From assembly GCF_006345805.1 (NCBI RefSeq), contig NW_021832287.1:1-31405 (forward strand): a DNA stretch of 31,405 nt, written 5' to 3'. The DNA comes from Octopus sinensis (Eukaryota). Below the pieces are notes generated by a model that saw only the letters and a list, made by a program, of their open reading frames with translations, searched no databases and was not told the origin of the DNA. The first letter of the stretch is position 1; each line of letters opens with the position of its first letter. Positions 22,590 to 31,405 of the stretch are shown here, piece after piece. A program made the translations under genes and the position numbers.

Positions 22590-22800
22590 AGGCTTAGTGG
22601 TTAGGGTGTTGCACTCACGATCGCGCGAGTGAGGTTTCAATTCCTAGACTGGTTGATGCGTTATGTTCTTGAGCAAAACACTTTATCCCACGTTGATCTA
22701 CAATCACTTCGAGGCCTAACGTATGGTACAAAGAGCACGTGTTCAGACAATGTTGATTTGATCAAGTGCGTGAGCTAATAATCGTCACGGACATTTGATA
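22590..22800 (+). mobile_element. Degraded tRNA-headed SINE
   Basis: ggcttagtggttagggtgttgcactcacgatcgc...ggtttcaattcc (A and B boxes) followed by gttcttgagcaaaacacttta. Confidence 0.6.
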
Positions 22801-22837
22801 TCTATATACAAATCATTTGCGCAGGTCGTTCAGCAAA

Positions 22838-23433
22838 AAGCTGGCATAAGCGTTAGCACGCCGGGCGAAATGCGAAGCCGTATTTCGTCTGCCGTTGCGT
22901 TCTGAGTTCAAATTCCGGCGAGGTCGACTTTGCCTTTCATCCTTTCGGGGTCGATTAAATAAGTACCAGTTACGCACTGAGGTCGATATAATCGACTTAA
23001 TCCGTTTTCTGTCCTTGTTTGTCCTCTCTGTGTTTAGGCCCTTATGGGTAGTAAACAAATAAGTATTTCATCTGCTGTTACGCTCTGAGTTCAAATTCCG
23101 CCGAGGTCGACTTTGCCTTTCATCCTTTCGGGGTCGATTAAATAAGTACCATTACGCGCACTGGGGTCGATGTAATCGACTTAATACCTATGTCTGTCTT
23201 TTTTCTTGTTCTCCCCTCTTGTGTTTAGCCCCTTGTGGGTAATAAGAAATAGGTATTTCGTCTGTTACGTTCTGAGTTCAAATTCCGTCGAGGTCGAATT
23301 TGCCTTTCATCCTTTCGGGGTCGATTAAATAAGTACCAGTTACGCACTGCGGTTGATATAATCCACTTAATCCGTTTTCTGTTCTTGTTTGTCCCCTCTA
23401 TGTTTAGCCCCTTGTTGGCAATAAAGAAATAAG
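22838..23433 (+). mobile_element. SINE family B trimer: one headed unit plus two headless ~185-bp monomers
   Basis: Homologous gtatttc sites at 22880, 23063 and 23253; each unit ends aaagaaataa/g. Confidence 0.92.
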
Positions 23434-24340
23434 AAGCTGAAGACTTATACGTCGTCTTCGATGGGAGAGTCAGTTCGTCAAGTGTATATATATGTATGTG
23501 TTTGTGTGTACGCGCGTGTGTACGTATGTGTATTTATATACATATATGTATACGTTCAGAAATATATGTAGACATATATACATGTTGTTATCTGCCTGTA
23601 CAATGTAGACGTATGCATATGTAGACTCTACAAATGTATGTGTATATGTGTGCGTGTATGCATAATGTATGTGTGCGTACCTGTGTGTATATGTGAGTGT
23701 CTGTGTGTATATGCTTATGTATATGTGTGTGAGCGTGTGTATGCATATATGTATGTGTGCATATGTGTGGGCGTATATGCTAAAGTATGTGTGTATGTAT
23801 GTGTGTGTATGTGTATATATATTTTTTACTGTTGGATCTAATTATCTCTAATCTAAATCTGGATATACCCATCTTTATACACATTTTGGGAAAATGCCCT
23901 AATATTCTTCCCCCGTTGTCAGGCCGCTCTTTAGTGCTACTGATAACATGTAACCCAGTACAACCTGTTGCATGCTCTTGTGGTCGGTGACTAAACTAGC
24001 AACCTCATCAAGCTTACTTAGTGAGGAGGGTAATTGTTGGACACCCTGGCAGGACGAAAAAATATGACCCGTCAAAGGGAAGAAGAACTACTGTTGTTCC
24101 TCTTGAGTGGAAGTAATTTTTGAACAGGAAAAAGAAGAACGAAATCCTTAATTTTTCTTTTGGTAAAAAAAAGAACTGTTTTTTCATCAGTTTTTTGGCT
24201 TCATTCAGCTGCGCCTTTTCCCCTGACAGGGGTGGGATTTGAACTTATTGATTGCCAAAGAAAAATCTTGGAACTGTGTGTCTGTTTTTTTTTATTTTTT
24301 GCCGTGTGTTTTCTTCTGATTTATCTCGACCAAAATTTCA

Positions 24341-26476
24341 GTGGAGATAATAAGAGAAAAATGCTCTCTCGAAGAGAGTGATTTTTTGGAAGCTAACCAG
24401 CCTCCAAAACAAGTCTCCGAAGGCTTTGCAGCAGTTGCCGCGGTACAGATGGAAAGTCTGGAGATCCTATTGGGAGAACTCCGGGAAACGTTTAAAAGAA
24501 TGCAGAGGAGGAGGAGGATAAGGTAAAAATATCGCCTCCCACCAACACTTCAGAGGAGATTAAAAAATAAAACAATCATTTTCAAAACATTCTGCTCCGA
24601 AGGAAAAAAAGATGGAACATATGGAACAGGATAAAATAGAAAAAATGCCTGGCACCTATATGGGAGGATATTAGTTACATAACAAGAGGAAGGAAATTTG
24701 GCACAATAGAAGCCAGATTCAGAGCAACAGAGGTGGCCCTCGCGCACTCTGTCAGCCGTTGAAGACAAAAGAAGTGGTGCTTCTGCCAACCTATATGGGG
24801 CGACGCACGTCCCGTGTCAGGGTGACAAAAGTACCGCCGGAGGCTGATGCCGTATGGGTGATGGCCGCTTTGTTATTTAACAGGAGAGATAAAATTAATA
24901 TCCTACAAGTAACACGCTCTCTCCCCCAAAATCGGCTCGGGCAGAGCATCGCGGCCATCATTCAAACGGTACTTAGAAAGACCTAGAAAGGATTCCCGAT
25001 AGAGTGCTCGTGGGTGAGGATGTCGCCCTCAAAATTCATGTGGAGGGCAAAAACTCCAGATGTTTTAAATGTGGCCGAACAGGTAACATACAGGTTGACT
25101 CTGACACTGGAAAAGAACGAAAATTTAAAGGCCCAACCTTCTGTGGATACACATACACCTGGCACTTCACAGACCAAAATAAACTGCTTCCCCACACACA
25201 CACCAGCCCCTACTCTAGCAAAGACAACCACTTCCCTACTGTGGTGCTCACACAAGCCCCAAAACAAGTGTTCCAAAAGCCCCAACCCACGCGCACACCA
25301 GTTCCGACAACAACAAAAATACCCACCCCCTCAACGTCGACGGCACCTGACAGTAAAAGTGTAACTCCCTCAGATGACGCCATGGAGGTAGTCGAGGGAG
25401 GAGTTCACTGAAGTTCGAAACTCGACAAAAAGATTGTTGGCACAATCCTCATCCTCATACCCCACAAAAACAGAAGATACAACGAATCAAGCATTAAACT
25501 ACCACCCCAACCGTCCCAGAAAAATCAAGTGAAAGACGAATTTTGGTCGAGTTCGACCCAAGGGAAAAATATAAGCATAACGTGATATTTCCACACCACA
25601 CTACAGTATTATATCCAGGTCTATTTTGGCTTGTGAGGCATTGAGGAACCTCATTACGGAATTAGTGAAAAGGGCATTAACCGGCACCGTATTGAATAAC
25701 CCGTGGCGGTATACCCTATAAAGAACCATACGATTTGAGTCTATTAGATTTAGCCGTCAGCTAAGTTTAGGTAAGGCTAGGACAAAAGGGAACCTACTTA
25801 AGGCTTTAGAAGAGGCGCTGAGATTGAGCTATGCATCCCAAATTTTGGCAACGAGAACAGTCTTGGACCGTCACCTCAAAGCCAAACATAAGGGATGCAA
25901 AGTTCGGGCTAAAGTACGTGCATTGGGCCGTGACGGAATTAATGCTACCGGGTGGAGCCGTGCAGTAGAGACCCAGCATGGCAACGAGGCTATAATCAGG
26001 TCTTTGATTGGCGAAAATGGACGTTTGGTCAGCGGACAAGATAAGATGTGTGAGGCACTTCACAAGCACTCCGCCGAGTTGTTCGGTAGGAGAGGGACAC
26101 TAGACCATGGTAAGCCCCTACGGGACATCCTGGGTGGTGGCCCGCGTCTCCCGGCACGAGAGGCTGAATGCTGTGAGGGGTCGGTCACAGCTGTGGAGGT
26201 GATAGAGCGCTATCCAAGTGCCCCATGGACAAGTCGCCGGGTCTTGAAGGTCTACGCTATGAGTTTTACAAAAGTATGCCAGACTTGTTCGGGCACCTGC
26301 TGGCCAACGTCTTCGCCAACTAGCAGCAGAATGGGAGAATTCCCAGATCTGCGAGCTTTTGGGTGGTGACGTTGATCAGAAAGGACTCAAGCAAGGGGGA
26401 TTTTAGGCCCATAACACTGCAAAACACAGACTTAAAGATTTTCGCCATGGTGTTGGCAAAAAGGATGGCGCGTGTA
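24341..26476 (+). mobile_element. L1/Tx1-like LINE remnant: ORF1 (~24341-25560) and ORF2 from the post-endonuclease linker to the start of RT (~25653-26476)
   Basis: ORF1 pieces ISYITRGRKFGTIEARF, LLPTYMGRRTSRVRV and RCFKCGRTG (degenerate knuckle). ORF2 pieces ELVKRALTG...ESIRFSRQL...KVRAKVRALG, DKSPGLEGLRYEFYK and [23 protein letters not shown]. Truncated at a microsatellite. Confidence 0.9.
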
Positions 26477-26508
26477 CACATACATATATATGCATAATTA
26501 CACACACG

Positions 26509-26557
<49 letters not shown>

Positions 26558-26834
26558 CTGTATACATGCACATACACATACTCACACACATGCATACATA
26601 TATAACACGCATATACATATACACATATGCATACATATATATATATATATATATATACAACATACAACACACACATATAGATACATATATATGTACATTC
26701 ATATATGTACACACACACATACCCATGCATATATATATATATATATATATACATATATTATATATATATGTATACACACACACACACCACCACACATATA
26801 TATATATATATTATATTTATATATATATATAATA

Positions 26835-26873
<39 letters not shown>

Positions 26874-27272
26874 GCACACCACCAACTATAACGAATAATA
26901 ATTCACCAGCAAAGAATACTCGAACCAAAGAATGAACTTCTAAAGTGTCATTACACCTAGAGGTCATAGCAGTTAATCTCCCTCATTGCAACCTACCACT
27001 TTGAAAAGTGATAGGTACAATAGAGACTGGGCTAGCCGCCCGAGACGATGATGGAAATGTCTGTGCGTTTGTTGTGTATGTGTGCGTGTGGTGTGTGTGT
27101 GTGGTGTGTGTGTGTGAGTGCGCGCGTATGTGTGCCTGTGTGTGCCTGTATGTATGTACATAAAGATACACGTAATACACGCAGACACATAAGCACACAC
27201 GCCTCAGATCCATATATGTATATATGCACACACTGCATATATGTATACATATATGTACTATATATATGTAAC

Positions 27273-27319
<47 letters not shown>

Positions 27320-27343
27320 TATATAATATATATGTACATATAT

Positions 27344-27377
<34 letters not shown>

Positions 27378-27580
27378 CATTATATATATATGTACATATA
27401 TATATATATATGTAAATATAAATATATATATATATATATGTACATATATATATATATGTAAATATAATATATATATATACGCGTGTATGTGTACGCATAT
27501 GTGTGTAAATATGTAATATATATATATATAATATAATATATATATATATACACACACATGTTTGTGTGTACAGAAAAAAG
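26477..27580. repeat. Large compound (TA)/(CA)/(GT) microsatellite region with a unique island at ~26890-27055
   Basis: Directly visible. Confidence 0.93.
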
Positions 27581-27614
27581 AGACTATCAGTGAAGAATGG
27601 AAGAGAAAAGAATA

Positions 27615-27615
27615 A

Positions 27616-27648
<33 letters not shown>

Positions 27649-27650
27649 AG

Positions 27651-27722
<72 letters not shown>

Positions 27723-27850
27723 GTTAGATAATGATAGATGGATGGAACGATGAATGGATTGATAGAAAGAAAGAAAAATTGGAAGAAAGAAATAAAGAAA
27801 GAAGTGAAGAAAGAAAGAAAGAAAAAGGAAAAAAGAAAGTAAAGAAAGGA
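27615..27850. repeat. (GATA)n followed by a degenerate (GAAA)n purine-rich tract
   Basis: Directly visible. Confidence 0.93.
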
Positions 27851-28158
27851 AGCTCGTATGGGAGAAAGAAATAGAGAAATGCTTTTCGAGAAAGGCAAAC
27901 AATAGTTTAGGAACTGTTAGGTCGTATTAATGCCAAACTCTCCAAGAATGTTATTCAAGACCCCCATCCCTACTCATCGGTAAACGAAGAATTTTGAGTG
28001 ATCTAAAGAAAAGAAAAGAAAATAATAAAAGCAGTCAGGCTTCAATATTGAAGCAATGCAAGAACTGTATTAGTTGTAAATTGAAAGCTGAAAGTGTTGG
28101 CTTAGAAATTCGAGGAGCCGCTGACAATTGGGCAATCAGTGAGAAAAACGAATTTGAG

Positions 28159-28168
28159 AAGATGGCGG
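28159..28168 (+). promoter_or_regulatory. YY1-like motif AAGATGGCGG
   Basis: Exact 10-mer match to the YY1 core in a unique island between microsatellites. Confidence 0.25.
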
Positions 28169-28499
28169 ATTTTATGTTAGCGGGAGATAAAACTCCACAA
28201 GACTAAAAATTATTTGTATGGAAAGGTTTATTAAGAAGAGAGTGATTGTTTTGTGTTTGTTGTGATCCAAGCTTTCAGCATTAACTTGGCACTTTAAATA
28301 CTGGTTGGCTTTTTAGTTTGACGAATGAACAAGAAGCAACTAAATTAGTTTGTTTGTTGCTAAATATCGTGTTATTTATTTTTGGTAATGTGTCTTTTAT
28401 TTTTATTATCGTTTATCATTTTATATTCCTTTTCATTGAATTTTATTTTCCATTTCCGAAAATATTTTTCCGTAGTATGTGTATTAAAGCATGTGTGTA

Positions 28500-28618
28500 T
28501 GTACGTATGTAATGTATGTATGTATGTATGTATGTATGTATGTATGTATGTATGTATGTATGTATGTATGTATGTATGTATGTATGTACGTATGCATGCA
28601 TGTATATATGTACATGTA

Positions 28619-28649
<31 letters not shown>

Positions 28650-28728
28650 GCACATATTTACGCACACACACATATATACATATATATATATGTGTGTGGA
28701 TATCTACATATACGTATATATGTAAATG

Positions 28729-28759
<31 letters not shown>

Positions 28760-28820
28760 TGTATGTATGTATGTTATGTATGTACGTATGCATGCATGTA
28801 TATATGTACATGTATGTGTG

Positions 28821-28866
<46 letters not shown>

Positions 28867-28940
28867 TATTTACGCACACACACACATATACATATATATA
28901 TATGTGTGTGGATATCTACATATACGTATATATGTAAATG

Positions 28941-28970
<30 letters not shown>
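28500..28970. repeat. Tandem duplication of a ~210-bp compound-microsatellite unit
   Basis: The blocks tacgtatgcatgcatgtatatatgtacatg and gtggatatctacatatacgtatatatgtaaatgatatg each occur twice in register. Confidence 0.88.
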
Positions 28971-28971
<1 letters not shown>

Positions 28972-29004
28972 TAGATAGACAAACAGACACACAGACACAC
29001 AGAC

Positions 29005-29063
<59 letters not shown>

Positions 29064-29196
29064 CAGACAGACAAATAGACAGACAGACTAGACAGGTAGA
29101 TAGATAAACAGATAGACACATAAATAGATAGAGAGATATATATTCGTATCTGTATGTATGTATATACGCTTGCATGTCTGTGTGTGTGTGTATGTG

Positions 29197-29275
<79 letters not shown>

Positions 29276-29599
29276 GTGTGTGTGTTTGTGTACGTGCGTG
29301 TAATGAAATACGATTTTACTCTACTTTTGCGATTTGAGCTTTCCTTTCCCCAACTTCCCTACCTATGTACTTCCCATATATATCCATGTATGTATGTGTG
29401 TGTATATGCACACACTTGTTGTCAAACATGGTCTCAAATTATGCTTAGCGAAAGAAACTACTTAATATTGGTCATTAAAGGGAAATAATTGCTATAAGTT
29501 TCTCGATCCCGATTTTCAGGCAACTGTTTTATTATGTTTGAAGCTTTGTGATACATACATCGAGTGGATTTGTTCTATTGAGATAGATATGTGTGGGAT

Positions 29600-29840
29600 A
29601 CTAATTCCATAAATGCTTGAGTTACACTATGTAAACAGCAATAATGAATGCAAAGTTCTTACATTATATTTGCAGGCATTCAAACCACCCTAGATTCATA
29701 GAGATCAACTTAGGAATGTGTCAATTAAACTTTATGAACTTTCGTCTAATGAGAAAATCTTCCGCAACAATGTCCTCTACTGTAGCAACGTTGAAAAGGG
29801 GTGTTTAAATAATTGTATAATATATATAACTCGAAAAAAT
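29600..29840 (+). mobile_element. Penelope-like element RT C-terminal (thumb) remnant
   Basis: NAKFLHYICRHSNHPRFI, then after a frameshift DQLRNVSIKLYELSSNEKIFRNN, resembling the PLE motif YI..HSNHP..I..Q...+S.RLS.LSSNE.IF. Confidence 0.6.
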
Positions 29841-29849
29841 GCATAAATT

Positions 29850-31250
29850 TAGCCTTTTCTAAGCACCTCTTCTAGATTACTATGTAGCTCACCGCCCACT
29901 TTAGAATTCTTTATTACTATTTCTTTACCAAACTTTATAGATTCCGATCCGGTAGCCCATTTAAGATTAACCGCCAATGATCGTTAACGGTTATCAGCTC
30001 CCTCTAGGTTTTCTAATCCGATCTATGTAACTTATATCGTATTTATATCGACCGAACAAATCACAAATCTGTGGTTTGTATAGCCAACAACTTCGAATCG
30101 TAGACAACTTAACCTATCCTTATCTACATAACACTCTATATACATATGATGTGGATGATGGGATGCTGTTTACTGAGGCGAGAATAGCGCATTCGCTACC
30201 TGTCGAGCAGATGCAAACGATTGAATTGGTTTGCAAGCTTTTGCAATCCGTCTCCAGCCATCTATCCCCCACACAATTCAGACAAACATCCAAAATGTCG
30301 TGCAATCTCTCGCTAGCATTAAACGTTCTTAGGAAAGCCACCAAACGCCCGATGAAATCTTGATGCCACGCTCCAGTCAGCGTGTACAGTCTAAAGCCAA
30401 CATTTTCATTACTATTCACGCCCAGGTCCAACAACTTACCATCCTCGTCGAGCAAGAGCGACCATATTTCGAGACCCAGAGCATTCTAAAATCGCACTGC
30501 TACCCTGCCTTCTTCTGGGCCGAAAAAAAAGATGCGAAAATTTCAAACTTTTGCAAAATGAGTGATAAAACGCGTGTCTAGAATCCCTGTCGTGATGATG
30601 CGCTTCATAGCCAAACTTACCGACCATTATACATTCTCTTCTCAGAACCACCATGTTGATCGAAAGATAAAAGGGAGAATTTTTCCACAGGATTTTTATG
30701 CCACCAAGTCCAAAATTTATATCTCAAAGTTACATTTCAAAAGTTATAGACCTGAAGGCATCTCCCTTTATTTCTATACCTTTCTTTTACGTTTGATGAG
30801 GAATATATTTTGTTCGTATTCATACGATTGTGTATTAGTCTGTGGCATGTTTCCTTTCGTAGAGGTCGGTGTTGTAGCTGGTGAGCATGGAGTTGATGTA
30901 GGTCCGTGACCTAATGATACTGTCATAGCTGTATGGCTGTTCAGAGTGTTTAAACTTATTCTGCCTCGCTGTTCCGCCTCACAAAAGGATATTTCCACAC
31001 CTGAAAAATCCGATGCGGGAGTGAGTGGAGGTACGTTTGTGTATATGCATCTACGTGTGCATCTGAAAAAAATTTTGGATAGGGTGAGTGTCTGATCGGA
31101 AGGTTGGTTAGATACTTTCCTGAGTGGCAAGAATAGCTCAGTTGCCATAGGTACCGTTATTGCTGTTGCTGGTCTCCTTGTTGCTATTGCTGTTGATGTG
31201 GGTGCTGCTGTTGCTTTTGCCACTTTTGCTGCTGATTACGGTGTATTAAC
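29850..31250 (-). mobile_element. L1/Tx1-like LINE remnant: probable ORF1 fragment (~30774-31250) and ORF2 endonuclease plus linker (~29850-30680)
   Basis: LSINMVVLRR, LLLDEDGKLLDLGV...GFRL, DFIGRLVAFL, NSIPSSTSYVYRVLC, DRLSCLRFEVVGYTNHRFVICSVD and ESIKFGKE...NLEEVLRKG are colinear with the copies at 9 kb and 25.7 kb. The ORF1 assignment is weaker. Confidence 0.75.
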
Positions 31251-31405
31251 AAAATGTTCCGGGATTAGTTCTGTAATGCGCCAACAGATGGCAGCACACG
31301 GTTGCGTGTGTAGTGAGAGCTAGCAGTGTTATACATGAGGTAGTGTACCGAGAGTCATCACTCTTTACTTCTCAAGTTGTGAAATTTGTGTTTTTATGAT
31401 TGCAT

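Noticed and set aside
22838-23433. Regularly spaced repeats as a possible CRISPR array or tRNA gene cluster
   Set aside because: The units are ~185-bp full-length duplicates with no unique spacers, and the heads cannot fold into a complete tRNA. They are SINE multimers in a eukaryotic genome.
30120-30455. W...C...CxC...AIL pattern resembling an adhesion-GPCR GPS motif
   Set aside because: The same frame and its neighbours align colinearly with the L1/Tx1 endonuclease remnants at 9 kb and the linker at 25.7 kb; there is no transmembrane region or exon structure.

Overview
Eukaryotic, AT-rich, repeat-dominated genomic DNA, very probably from an octopus (coleoid cephalopod). That assignment rests on my recollection of octopus SINE/LINE families, not on a search. 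I can identify no host protein-coding gene with confidence. Most ORFs in the supplied track are translations of microsatellites or antisense frames of decayed transposons. Recognisable content: three tRNA-headed SINE families (one forming head-to-tail multimers), five R4/Dong-like (RLE-type) LINE fragments each abutting an (AAT)n tract, four L1/Tx1-like remnants, one RTE 3' end, one Penelope-like RT remnant, one Chapaev-like transposase remnant and one long hairpin (MITE-like). The most interesting signal is three hammerhead-ribozyme-like motifs in the first 3.7 kb. Two of them lie in elements preceded by an inverted copy of their own 3' tail, and one of those also carries Pol III B-box-like motifs, suggesting small non-autonomous ribozyme-bearing elements mobilised by Penelope-like retroelements. 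All three motifs have core mutations in these copies. An RFX X-box at 7981-7994 marks a candidate cis-regulatory region.
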